Shown: one piece after another, positions 50,496 to 64,000 of the stretch
Position numbering within the stretch: the stretch's first letter is position 1
Layout of the letters: each line of letters begins with the position of its first letter
NCBI RefSeq assembly: GCF_009914755.1
Contig: NC_060937.1
DNA: 64,000 nt
Source of the DNA: the human T2T-CHM13v2.0 reference genome, Homo sapiens
Reading direction: 5' to 3' (one strand)
Position numbers and translations under genes: made by a program
Notes under the pieces: generated by a model
What the model saw: only the letters and a program-made list of their open reading frames with translations
The model's database searches: none
What the model was told of the DNA's origin: nothing

Positions 50496-51959
50496 ATAAT
50501 CAGGAGAGTGATGAGTGTAGTCAAGGAAGATGTTTCTGAGGAGGTGACCTTTAAGCAAGAACTTGTGTGAAGTGGAGAAAATTATCTTTATGTTTGCATT
50601 CATCTGCTCCTTCATTCAGCAGACAATACATTTTAACAGACAACACAGTGAGCGGCCTGTCTGCATCCATCACTGTGTTTGGTTGCTGTTGTGGGGAATG
50701 TTGGTGGTCGGGGGTGAGGGCTGGGCTACATGCAGTGGCTAACCACATATGCACTTGGGGAAGCCATGTTTATTCTTACATGAGCAGGAGTGTATACCAG
50801 CAGCATGGGGTGCAGGTTTAGGAAGACGCTAGGAAGCATAATCCAGAATAGTAGAGTTTGGGGTTCCCCCTACTTTTTGATCTTAAAAAATGTCTTACTA
50901 AGAAGAGTCATATGACAAATAAGAAAGTATTCTCCTGAAACAAATGTATGAGAGAAACTTCCCTGAAAGCTCTTAAGTGTAGCACTTCATTAGAACAAAC
51001 TGATAATCTCAATAAGAAAAATGTCAGATTCCAACAAATGAGAAGCTATTTTATGTTCTTTTCAGAATATAATATTTTTAATAATGTAAAAAATGAGTAT
51101 TTCTGACATTCTTAAGTGTTTGCAGGCTTTGTGCACATCTTAAGTGGAAAAAATTCTTATTGTTCTCAGTATATAAGGGTTTGATTTACAAAGGGACTAC
51201 CATAGAAAATCTATTATAATATTTTATAGCCATACCACTACAGTAATCCTAATAACCCACATCTATACTGCACAACAAGTTTAGAGTGGTAGAATGGTCC
51301 TATGTAATTGATCTAATTCTCACCACAACCGTATGAAGTAGGTAATGGCTGGGTTGATGTTTTCATTCTTAGTAATAGTCATAGTGGTCATGGTGTTACC
51401 ATCATCTGCATTTTACAGTTGAGGAAACTGACATTTAAGAACATAAGAAGTTTGCCCGGAATCTGTAAATTAAAATTCCCAAAGAGCAAACATAATTTTA
51501 AATTCTGATATTGTGGCCTAATTAAATCTGATATTCAAGAATAAAAAATCTAATTGAGCATTTGTAAACCCATTTCCTTCTCATCTGTTATTGTCAGGGG
51601 TGGGAGGCAGGCAGCAGTTAAGAAAATGTGGTTAATATTTCCAAACAGTGCAATATTTTCCATTCTTCTTAGAATTATGTCTCCCTTTTGAAGGTCAATT
51701 TATTGTCTTTTTTATTTTCTTTTGGTCTTTACAGTAATTGATTTTATGGTACATGAAATGTTGGTGAAAAATGCTTAAAGGGTGGGAATTTCCTTGGAGC
51801 CAACTTTTTTCTCTTTGGGGACTTACTTGATTGTTCTTTCAATAAGAATTTATTGTATGCCAGGAACTGCACTAGGTTCTGTCTCCGCTGCATTCACATT
51901 TCTTTTGTGGGTAAGAGTCTTACCTTGTGACTGATGTCTGGTTGTGTCTGTCCTCTCAG

Positions 51960-52086
51960 GTGGGGTGACCGCTCTCTGTTGGGACCCAGTCCAGCGGGTG
52001 TTGTTCTCAGGCAGTTCAGATCACTCTGTCATCATGTGGGACATCGGTGGGAGAAAAGGAACAGCCATCGAGCTCCAAGGACACAA
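51960..52086 (+). CDS. WDFY2: WDFY2 internal coding exon (exon 7, 127 nt): [42 protein letters not shown]
   Basis: Acceptor gtctgtcctctcag|GT and donor CACAA|gtaagg. Textbook WD40 repeat (LFSGSSD-SVIMWD), in frame with the previous exon. Confidence 0.95.
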
Positions 52087-52635
52087 GTAAGGTTGCTGGT
52101 GCTTTCATAAAGACTCTGAGAAAAGATTCTCAGCTGACAGCTAGAACAAAGGAGTGCAGCCCAGTCTGTGGCAGGATCTTAGCATGGGAAGGAACATGGC
52201 GGGAACACAAATACTGGCCACTTTGATTTATAACTGTGTAAAACTGTGTTTATATACTTATACCCCATTTTATTCCACAGAGCATTTGAGAGTGCTTACA
52301 AAAACCATAAAATAAAGTAATGGCAGTGAATAAATAAAAGGTAAAAATTAGAACTGGGAAGAATATAACAGTAAAAATTTGAGAGTGAGGAAAAAAAAAA
52401 GCTTGAAAATACAAGCTGTGAAGGCTTACAAAATTTATATAATTGAGTTCAAATGTGGCTTCAAGCTCCTTGGCAGCATACGGAAAAGAGGAGAGGTAAG
52501 ATCCTTCACAGTACATTTTGTACTTGACCAAATATTTATTGAGTACTTGCCTTGATTCATGTCAGGCTCTTTTTCCTTAAAGGATAGATTTTAGGGGGCT
52601 GAGAGGAAGTACAGAGAAAGCCTTGCATTTCCTTG

Positions 52636-52799
52636 GAGCAGTTCTCAAACTTTGCTGGGTACAGAGAATCTCTGAGATGTCCGGTCCCTGTCTGCTAAGA
52701 TTCTGGTTGCCGTCCAGAGCGGTGTGGATCTGTGCTTTGACAAGCTTCCCAGGCAACTCCCCACTGGTGACCCTCAGCCCACACCCTGAGACGCCTTGC
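52636..52799. mobile_element. MER5A-like hAT-Charlie MITE
   Basis: cagttctcaaactt...gaatc...acaagcttcccagg...cacaccctgaga pattern. Confidence 0.6.
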
Positions 52800-53344
52800 T
52801 GTCCCTGGGGCCAAAGCTTAATCTTTTTGCATAAAAGAATGTTAGATCTGCTTTACAACTCTAGTGCTCATCTGAATTGTTTTTTAGTTGTAAAGTTTTC
52901 AAAATGATATTGAGCAACCCTTGACAGCCATAAACAAATGTTTGTAATGCTTCTATGAACTAACCGGTTTTAAGCAACACTAGCTTTTCCTGTAAATCTG
53001 CTTGGAAACCCTAGTTTCAAAATATTCTCCTAAATAGTTAAATCTAGTTTGGAGTTGTTGGACATAAACTAATTAAATTTTGGATGGCAGGGCCTGTGTA
53101 CAAATACTTGTTTTAGTTTTAGAATTTAGTGTTAGAGAAGTAGCTACTAAGCCCTTCTTTCTCATGTTGGAGAACAGAACAGCTGTCTGGGGTCACTCCT
53201 GGCTTGTGGGGCCACTCAGACCTTGTCATCAGTTCATTAGAGGAATCATTCCCTTACGTTTATCTTTATGACAAGGGAACACACATCCAGGTCCTGTAGA
53301 AGGAGTTCACATCATCCACGTAAGAGAAGAAAAAAGGAAGCCAG

Positions 53345-53677
<333 letters not shown>

Positions 53678-56600
53678 CTAATCTGCCAGGAAATTCCTGC
53701 CAACTTGGACTCTCTCAGAGAAGTGAAATGCAGGTCTTGAATGAAGATGACTAATATTCACTGGACTCATTCATTTCACTCCTAACTAGTTTTATTTGTA
53801 CGCAGTGGTTAATAAAGACTGCAAGCACTTTTGCACGATTTCATGCACCAGATGCTGAACTGCAGCAGTGCTTAACACCAGCATCACTGTGTGCAAAGGG
53901 CCCTTGACCTGAATGGAAAATGTGGTTCTGGGAAACTTACGCCTACAGTTTGTTACGAAAGGAAAAGCTATAAAGTTTAGATAAGTCTCTCAGTCCTAGA
54001 AAAATAAAACTTTAACAAATAGCTCTTCCAGTTTCTAAGTACAGACTTGTCCTTTTAGAAAATGGAATAGACCCTGCTTGGAGTCCATGCTGATAGAATC
54101 ATGCCCTTAGAACTTGCACAGGTAAGCAGGCAGGCTGCTGAGATCAGGAGCCACCAGGCAGAAGTGGCTTTACACAGGATGAAGGGCAGAAGGCCTTTGC
54201 CTGGTGCTTTATTTAATTCAAGCTTAGTAATACATAAAGTGAGCTCTATGAGGGACTCCTTGTCATCAGGTTTTAACCCCGGGGAGGGGTTGCTCTGGTA
54301 TCACAGAGCCAGCTCCTCCAAAATTTAATTTAAACTTCCTCAGCATCAGTCAGTGTCAGTCTGTTAGAGTGGGTCTGAATGCCAGGGTGGGGATAGAGAA
54401 GTCCCTGGAGCTGCCAGAAGTAGGGAGATGGCATGGAAAGAAGGTTTCGGGATCATCTGGCAGAAAAGGAGACCACTTTCAGGCAGGCAGGGAACAACTT
54501 GCGCAGCCGCCATTCCTTTACCCTGAAAGTCAGCTGCTGGCATTCAGTGATTCTCGTATTTGAGTACACCTAATATTTTGTGAAAGAGCTTTCAAAACAC
54601 ACAGACTCCGTTCAATCTTGCAATAACACTATAAAAGAGAGAGCTCAGATATCATTTTTAGAAGAGAATATTGAGGTATTCAATATTAATATTCAGTATT
54701 AAGACCCCAGCTGGTAGCTTAGGTCTCTGAACCTTAATTGAGTCCAGCAGGGAGCTGCTTAGCACCTTTCGTATACCCAGCCCTCAGTAAGGCACTGGGG
54801 ATACTAAAATGAGCATTTATTGACTAACACATGGTCCCCGACATGCCTGGTGATGTGTGCTGATGCTTAGGCCTCAAGGCTGCCCTTTGCTTTCCTACAG
54901 TTCCTGGTTAAAGTGACTGATGGTGGCCATAGTTCCAAATTAGGGGCATAATTGGTGAGCCTGGAAACCGGGGAGAGCAGACTGGCCTCCCCAGGATAGG
55001 GAGACTGCCTTTCCTTGGTATGGAAATGTCCAGCCATTCTGTTGAGGGACAGCTGCACATGTCTTCTGTTCTGAGTTCCACAGCTTCTTACCATCCTTCA
55101 GCAACAGAAAATGTGACATTTTTATAACTAGCTTGATTTGGTGTGTAAAAATCCCATAAAGCAGAGAAAGCTTTAGCACCAAAGAAAGTGATTGATGACA
55201 GTGAAACTGTTTCCAAGTCCAAGGGAAAAAAAGCTAAGAAAGTATTCTTTTATACAATATTATCTGCATTGGAAGCATTCTGGTGTATTTATTCCCTGTA
55301 GCAAGTGGATCGTGATTGTATGCTGTGCTAGCTCTGTGGGAGGAAGGGCAAAAAAAAAAAGGTTCCAGATTCCGGGACCAGTTATATTTGCAAGCATCAG
55401 TTACTAGTTGGATGGTTATTACCGAAACATAAACCTGGACACTTATTGTCCCATGCCTACCTTGTCATAGCTAATAACGGTACTTGGTCTTTTTAGAACC
55501 CTTTTAAATTCTTACATAATACTGTCATTTCTTGACCAACTTCACGCCCGTAATTTTTCTTTCTAATAGTGTTTTCCTATCCTTCTAAGACTTGATGGTA
55601 ATTTAATATAACCTGACTTAAAGCACCAGTAAAGATCTTTGCTATTCCTCATGTTGGAACCCTCCACCAAGACTGGATTCAGCAGCTTATGTGAGGCTAG
55701 GTCACAGCCATGACCCTTGGCACTTCCAGTCTGTGTATTTGCTTTCTCCTTCCAAAATCCAAGCTCTTGATTTCTCTCTTACTACTCTTACCACATATGA
55801 GAATTTTGTTGTAAGAGTCCTCAAAGCCTTTTGGTAAAGAAATAGGCCACTTGTAAATAAATATACATGGAGAGAATTTGTGCTTTTCCCCTTGTATCAA
55901 GTAAATTGCATTGAAAGTTATAAAAGGAGTAGAATTCTTGCATTCAGCTTCTGGGTTAGAGGACAGGTGGACAAGGATCAGTACAAATGACAGCTTTCTG
56001 CTCAAATCTGTGAGATTTAAGAGCATTTCCCACTGTGGTGCTAGGGAACTGTTAGGATAGAGGGGACGAGATGTGTCTTTTTTATTTCTAACTATTTAGC
56101 TAAACACATAATAGATCAAAATATCAGCTATGAGAGTTTTCATAGAAGGTAGAATCTTCTCAAAGACAGAAGGGCTGGAAAATGTGGTCATTAGTGTGCA
56201 GGCCTCTGAGTCAGGTCAAACTATATTTGAGCTGGCCCTTCTGCCAATGGCCTGCAGCCTCAGGCGAGGCACTGCACCTTTCTGATCTTCAGTTTTCTTA
56301 TCTCTAAAATAAGGACAAAATTGGAAGGAAAAACCCTCACAAGGTTGTCAAAAAAATATAAATGATGTAATGCATATAAAATAATCAGCCCAGGAGTACA
56401 GGCCTGTTAAATGGCGGTTGTTAAGATTACTCTTGTTAATAAAAAATTCCAAGTCAAAAATCCTGCCTTGGGATCTGACTACTGTTTCTCTCTGTAGAAT
56501 TTCCTATGGAAATATTAACATATATTCATAACTCAGTCAACACATGTTTACTGAACTCCAGCTACATACCAGACTTTGTGTTAGGTACTCAGGACACAAA

Positions 56601-57320
56601 AGTGAGTTAGGAAATAGCCCTGCCTTTGTGGAGACGTGCTAGAAGTATGAAAATAGGCAAAGGTGGCACCGTTCGCCAGTTTTACTGGAAAGTGGGAGGC
56701 CTCAGTGCGGGGGTCACTCTTGGTTTGGATGATGTTAGATGAAGAGATTCTCATAGTTCTCAGGATTAGGAGGTTACCCAGAACAGAGAATGGCATGAAC
56801 TAAAATACAGTGGGTTTAGGAAATACAAGTGGACAGAGGGCGAGAGCCTAATCTGAACCTCCACCCTGCCACCAAACAGCAGAACATCGCTGGTGCTCAA
56901 ACCAGTGCCCCCAGACGGGGGTCCCTGAGTTCAGGTTTAGCCTGGCAGTGGGCCAAGGATCCCTGAGGAAGCAGATCCCTTTTACGGTGCTTTGGCTTGG
57001 GATGACCCTACATATTATTGTCTGGGAGACCTCACTTGTGTGGATTGCTCACAGCCTTCTCTGGTCCTTGGAGCTTGGAAGATTTATGCATATAGGAGAG
57101 TGAGATCTCTGGTAGTAGAAGCATAATTAATTAGATGCCCACTAAATAACCTAAACTTTTCATCAAAGAAATGAACAATGCTATACATTTGAGTTCCCCT
57201 TACTCTTGAGGGATGAAGAAAGGCTTAAGTTGACCGTTGGGCAGATGTTAGCTTGTGTCTGAGATCTGTTTCTCTAAAAAGGATAAGGTCTTCTCTACCC
57301 TCTCCCTTAATCATCAGACA

Positions 57321-57497
57321 CAGGACTGGCTTCATGGGCATGTGACATGTGCAGTCACACAAGGCCCCATTCTTAGAAGGGCCTCACACTTGGTTTAATG
57401 AGCTGCTGCCACCATCTTGTAATTCTTAATCAAGTTTTTTAAAGGGACTCTGTATTTTCATTTTGCACTAGTCCCTCCAATTATATGTTTGGACCTG
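57321..57497 (+). mobile_element. MER45A-like hAT MITE
   Basis: CAGGAC...GACCTG termini, ~178 bp, partly duplicated cagaca flanks. Confidence 0.75.
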
Positions 57498-58645
57498 ACA
57501 GACATATGTTGCTGCTAGGACTGGTGAGAAAGGAAATGAGGCCATCCCACTAACTGTAGTATTTATAGATGGCAGATCCTGGTGGTTGTGAAAAGTGGGG
57601 GCTTTGTGCACTTGTAAGAGCATTTGCAGTGCAGTACATGGTAACACTCATCCATGAAATAATGACCAGTTTGAAATGCTTTCTAGTATAAACGCTACAG
57701 TGATGTCAGCTGAAACATGAATGTTAGAAGGTATCTGTTCATTCTTCGTAACCCCTAACGTGTAAACCTGGGATGTTCCCTCACCTAGCTTTTAACTGAA
57801 AGGTGGTTATATTTTGAATCCCTAAATCAAGAAGTCCCAGAGCAGCTTTATTATCAAACTTGGAATCCAGCATTCATCACTGTGTTTCACTCTTCTATGT
57901 TGGAATATTAACAGCACTGGAGTCCCATAAATTATGTATTTGTTGCTGAATGTTGCTGCCAGCTATGAGTGGCAAAGCAGTTCCTTATGTAGCTTATTTT
58001 GGTTTTACAAGATCATTGATGTGTATCAAGATGGCTCAACAAATGAAATGTAGTTCAAATCATAGAGTTACGAGTCTGTGCAACTAGATTGATTTTTCTT
58101 GCCCTTGAGTGTCACAGTGGTGGCACTCTATACTTTAAAAAGTGTGAAATAACAACCAGGAGAGATAGGGAAAACCCAATTGGCTTTTAAAAAAATGAAT
58201 ACATGTCAAAGATTTTATATTAGGCATTAATTAATAATTAATTAACTGGCAAAGTAAGTGGTTACTGCAGTCCAAAGGAAAATCCAAAGAGTAGACACAT
58301 ACATAGGCAATGGAGAATGTGAAAATGAATTTGTTAGCAGACGCACAGCTGGCTTCTCCCATGGGCAGGGTGGAGTGTGGGATTAGGTGTGTCTTAACTG
58401 GACAAGATTTGTTTGCAGTAATATCAGTATTCTTTAAGAGTTGTAAATAGATCAGTAAAAATACTAAAAGGTGTAGTCCCCTGTAGAATCAGATAGCCCA
58501 GAAAAGTGTGCTAGACAACACCTGAAGTTCCGCTGAAAAGATACCCAGTGATCACTTTTTGCCCATTTCAAATCTTTCTCAGTTTATCTGACTGTGCTTC
58601 CCCCCTCCTCCCCTGTGATCGTAATAATCTCAGTGATTATCCTTC

Positions 58646-58649
<4 letters not shown>

Positions 58650-58676
<27 letters not shown>
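58650..58676 (+). repeat. Poly(A)27 tract not attached to an Alu or L1 body
   Basis: Direct read. Confidence 0.9.
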
Positions 58677-58866
58677 CCAGGCTGGTCTTATGAGGTTAGT
58701 CCTGATTATTTATATTGGTACAGTAAAGAGTGTTAATTAACCATATAGGCCACTCGGATTTGTTTTGCATATCCAGAGCCACACAGTATTCAACAATTTT
58801 GTGTTAAGCCCACAAAATTCACTTCTACCTGGAAGTTTTTATAAAGAATCTTGCACTGGACTTTTC

Positions 58867-59153
58867 TTTTTCTTTTTCTTTTTCTTTTTTTTTTTTTTTT
58901 TTTTTTGAGACAGAGTCTCGCTGTGTCCCCCAGGCTGGAGTGCAATGGTGTGATCTTGGCTCACTGCAATCTCCACCTCCAGGTTCAAGCTATTCTCCTG
59001 CCTCAGCCTCCCAAGTAGCTGGGATTACATGGGATTACATGTGCCACCATGCCCAGCTAATTTTTGTATTTTTAGTAGAGACAGGGTTTCTCCACATTAG
59101 CCAGGCTGGTCTTGAACTCCCAAAGTGCTGAGATTACAGGCGTGAGCCACTGC
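58867..59153 (-). mobile_element. AluS with internal deletion and a 10-nt tandem duplication (gggattacat x2)
   Basis: Antisense Alu with TSD ACTGGACTTTTC. Confidence 0.88.
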
Positions 59154-60431
59154 TGAACTGGACTTTTCAAAGCCTCTAAAATTTGCCATACCAAGGCTAG
59201 AAAACCAAGCCCAAGAAACTCTACTATATTTCACCTACAGTATTTGCAACAACAGTTGAATTCCTCAAAGTTTCCACCATTTGCTAGGTTCTTGGCCTGG
59301 TACCTTCCTTACCAGCTGTAAGGCCAGGACCCTGTAAATCAGGTACCAGGCCAGTTTTCCTGGGAAGGCTTTGTAAGTTGGCTGTATGAGTTCTTAAAGT
59401 GGCTAGTCATATCTGATTCAATGAGCATCATTCTCACACATGACACTCCAGGTTATAAAGTTGATTTGCCCAGTTATATCTTGCGGATAGATTCTCACTG
59501 AATCGATGCAAATAACTATGTTTCCATGAAAATTAAGGAATCTCTGTAATAGTTTTCTTAAATTCTGGGCAATGAGTGAGAATTGGGTATCATTTCTTAA
59601 ATGTTTTGATTTAACTTATAATAACAGAGTTTACGAAATTGTGGGTTAGAGATAGCTTTAAAATAGAGAAAAGGCATCCTCATATATCCAGAAAATAGAA
59701 CATTAAAACAACATCAACAGTATTCCAGACAAATAACCACAATAAAATTTCCCTCTTCTGTTCATTCAGTTCTATGAATGAACTGTAATTAATTCTTGTT
59801 CTGATGGTTCTTGGTTTAGCAGTTCACATTCAAGAAGCCATCTGCATCCAGACTAAAAAGGGTCCAGAAATCCAAGGAAATCCTGACTCAATCCGCTGGC
59901 ACAGCTTAAAAATTATCTAAGCAATGTCAGCTCAGCGGCCTGTGCCAAAGAGTCTGTTCTTTGAAATATCAATATTTTAAAATACTTAGTACAAATAGTT
60001 CTTTTCCATGAAACTCTGAGGCTGTCCTTTATTGAAGTCACAAATGCTATAGCAGAGCCTTCAGGCAAGGATCAGAATAATACAGAAATTATCTACAGAT
60101 TATAGAGATTTTGTAACGTAAGGGTTAATTTGTAATTGTGACCAATGATATCAGAATGAGGGAAAGTAAAATTCCCCATTGGGATATGCTATATAACTCT
60201 TTCCTAAGAATTGTGATCAGTATTTCCCCAAGGGTAAAAACATATTATAGACAATAACGACATCAGGAAATCTCCACAGTCTTCCAATAAAACATGTAAT
60301 TTCTGAAATACTAATAAAATGTTTTACCTACTGACTTAACATAGAGCAGGCTGAGGATCTCTTCCGATCTGACAGTTATTCCCATTTACTCTTAACATAG
60401 TAACACATGAAACAAATGCAATTATTTATAG

Positions 60432-60742
<311 letters not shown>

Positions 60743-60882
60743 ACATTTCTCTTTTTGTAAGATGAGGGAACAAGTCTTTATGATTTTCTAGGACCTCTCT
60801 GGGAAATCTTAGGCATAAAACACATCCTAAAAATTTTATTTTTTCAAAACAGAGGTTCAGTTTGGAAAGGCAAAACCAGAGT

Positions 60883-61363
60883 TGTATACAGTAAGACCTT
60901 CTTCTTCAAAGGGTTCCCTTGTCCTTTGTTCCCTGCTTTCAAGGCCAGACTCTCTTACTCTCTGTGTTCCCTTGCCCTGGGAAACAACCTTCCTCTCAGT
61001 CTTTATCTATAGAGCCCACATTCCACATCTGCTACTCACTCTGTAAATCACCCCTCCCATCACAACGCCCCCTCCCCCGACTGCCAAAACTGTTTTTCCA
61101 CCGGTGTAACCACATCCCTGCACTTCTCAAGTTAGCCAACCGTGTTCGGCTTAGATTGTGCTGTCCAACTCTAGCCAGTGGGGACTGGACACAGCAGTAG
61201 GAGCCAACGCGTTAGTGATAAAGCTGCTGCTTTCCTTTGTTGGATGTGCTCTTGTGATCAGACTAATGAGCAGCACCCTTCTGCAGAAGTAAACTTTGCC
61301 TTGCTGAGAAATCAACTATTGGAGTGTTCATTTCATTTGTGACTTCGAGCTTTATTTCTAACA
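60883..61363 (+). mobile_element. ERV solo LTR (MER31-like), 481 bp
   Basis: TG...CA termini flanked by the direct repeat AGAGT (60878-60882 and 61364-61368). Internal agcacccttctgcagaagtaaa motif. Confidence 0.7.
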
Positions 61364-61929
61364 AGAGTTGTCAAGGGAATTTTAAGTAGGGTAAGACAGG
61401 AGCACAGGTGTTTAAGAAGCAATGTCTGGTTATATAATCAAAGCGGTAAAACATTTAAAAATAAACATAGATGATAACACAATTTTAAATAATTTAAAAT
61501 TCTTTTCACACGTGAGTACTCCTTGTTCTCTCTCTCTCTTTTTTTTTTCTTAAGAGCATTAATCAAGTCAACATAAAGCACTGAAAATAATTCTGGTGAG
61601 ACACAGAATGTCTGCTAGCTAGGCAGATTCCACAGAAGGTAAAGAACATCCTTTCACATTGTAGGCATTAATCAGTAAAGTAAGGAAGCAAGCCATCAAA
61701 ACTGAGGGAACTTAGCCAAAATTGTAATGCATCTTATACCTTTTTTTCAGACTAAAGTATTATAAGCCAAAGCAAGTAAAACTGACTTTCCAAGTTTTGT
61801 CCTTCATTTTTCTCTTTCATATTCCAGAACAAATAGACACTTTAGTATTGCCCTTTTCATCTTCATTCTCTCGAAAGTATACAATGGAGTTTTCCAGAAG
61901 CTACATGATAAGTGATATTATGATTATGA

Positions 61930-62256
61930 TAAATGCAGAAAGATGATTATCCATCTCTTCTATTAAGCCAGACATTAGAAAGGCTCGCAAAAATATTAAA
62001 CAATGTCATTTTTCTCATCAAAATTTTTTGTTTTGGAAAATATCTTTTTTTACAGAATATGTGACTTATGTTAAAATGAAATGGATTCATCATTGCTATT
62101 TTCAAATGAATTAATATTTTAAAAATTTCTCAGTTTTAATTCCAAATTAAGTATATATCGATCATTATCACTTACTAAACCAAAGCTCTTTGGTGTCGTC
62201 AAATAAGTTGTAAGAGTATAAAGGGATTGTGAGACCAAAAAGTTCAAGAACCACTG
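61930..62256 (-). mobile_element. hAT-Charlie family fragment
   Basis: Ends gagaccaaaaagttcaagaaccactg (hAT TIR). Same family as 2777-3090. Confidence 0.65.
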
Positions 62257-64000
62257 CTTTGATACAAAGCTACCCTGTTTTGATTTGAAAAACAAAAACC
62301 ACTGTATTTCTTTTTCATTAATGCTCCTGGCATAATCTCAACCACCCATTTAAATTATAATAATTAACCAGAGAAACTAATTTATATTTCATAGAGAAAA
62401 TTAGGAGGAGGGAGGATATGGACAATTGGAAATCGTCCCATATAATCATTTTAGCAGACTAGCAAAACTCATGAACACACATTACTGAAATTTCCATAGT
62501 GACATAAGGCACTTTTACATTCCCTTAAAGTGGCAAAAAATGAACTCCTGTATTGACACAACTCAAAGGTATAGCCTCACTATAGCATAGAAAAATAAGA
62601 AGCAAACATATATAAACTTAATATTATACTTTATAATCAAAGTCACAGTATTCTAACTTACTTAGAAATTATCTAGGTATCCAATGATTATTGATTAGCT
62701 CAGGTTAACATTAGTCCATTTTGTTACCTAAAGACCTTGGAAATTATCTTTAAGTTGATACGCTACAAAACATAATTGCTATTCATATAAAAAGTTTGTC
62801 AGAATAGTTATTCAATTCAGCTGAACACAAATTTATATTTTTAATAATCTTAAACATTATGTATGAGTTCACTTGACCAGCTATCCTGAATAAATTTAGG
62901 AGAAGTAAAAATAAAATGCACACTTGTATTCTGTTCAACACTAATAAATCAGAGAAAGATGTAACATTTTAAAACCTATGTTACTAGTCTCATTTGCCAA
63001 ATGAAACTTAATTTTATGAACTTGGATTCTTAAAATATTACTGAATTGGCTAGCAGTTTCTATTAAAAGAATTTTTATGTTTAAGTCTAGCAGGTTCAAA
63101 ATATTAGAGGTTTGATGTTCTGTGATTTTAGGAGGATTCAACTTATAAAAGCACTTGTTTATCAAACAATCAGAACAAGTTCTTTTAATTTAAAAGGTAT
63201 CGTAATCCAATTTATTGACACCCTCTGGAAATAGGAAAGCATTCCACACACAGCAAGAGGTGAAGGCTTTTCTGGATTATAAACACATAGACACACACAG
63301 CTTAATAGCTTTAGTTTTTCAACTTCAGCCACAGATCAAGAATAAATAGAAACACAAAAAAATCACCAGTCCAGATATCAAAGAGCTGTTCTCCTTCCCA
63401 GTAGAAACAAAATTCTTCATTGATTTGAGCTCAAAATAGACGAACATACAAAAAAAAAAAAAAAAGACCAAGAAACTATGTACCCTATTCTCTCACCCAA
63501 TAGAGAATAGATCTCTGTAATCCATTGCTAGCAATCACTCAGACCATAAAACTAGATTCTCCATCATTTTTGCCGCCAAGAGGGAATAACTTGTCAGCCA
63601 TGCACAAACTAGAAAGAAAAATAAAACAGAATCAGGAGAGAGAGAGTAAAAACTAGAGAAATGGAGAGCCTGTGAAATTCAAGTCTGTTACTGCTATGGA
63701 TTCACTCTGGGAGCCAAGTAAAGGCATGCCTGGTCCCAAGCCACTTGTGAGGTGCACACCTCAGGCAACACAGTTTACCTGGCTGTGTCAGGTAAATCCA
63801 GTGGGCATCTCAATGGATGACCTCCAAAACTCTTCAAGGATAATTTTTTAAAAGGAAAAATCATGACTCTTGAACAAATGTGAAATGAACATACGCTACA
63901 CATTTTGATCACTTAAGGAAGGAGGGAACCAGTAAGAAGTTACAGCCCATTCAACAATCAGCTTTTTTCCTTAAAAAAGGAAAAAAGTTGTAACTGACAG

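Overview
Human (hominid) genomic DNA from inside the WDFY2 gene (WD40 + FYVE domain protein), + strand. Four internal coding exons are present (16511-16565, 32110-32260, 40590-40702, 51960-52086; exons 4-7 by usual numbering, recalled). They splice in frame to EFILSEDYNK...GLQ|FDVETRH...GHT|GGVTALCW...ELQGH. The intron 32261-40589 carries U12-type (minor spliceosome) GT-AG signals. The rest is intron packed with transposon relics: a full-length but dead antisense L1PA3-like element (3113-9245), a 5'-truncated sense L1PA (22411-25370) nested in an old L1M cluster, a Tigger3-type DNA transposon, about 20 Alus including a pristine AluYa5, several solo LTRs, and hAT, MIR and L2 fragments. Apart from the L1 fragments and the exon 5 read-through, the ORFs in the track are spurious. 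No novel protein-coding system is evident. The best leads are: (1) splicing logic around the U12 intron (frame-preserving exon 5+6 cassette, a possible stop-free circle, nested U2 sites); (2) the L1 antisense promoter pointing into WDFY2; (3) an apparently mosaic L1 with no clear TSD; (4) a short templated duplication. Repeat subfamily calls rely on recalled consensus sequences, not on a database search.
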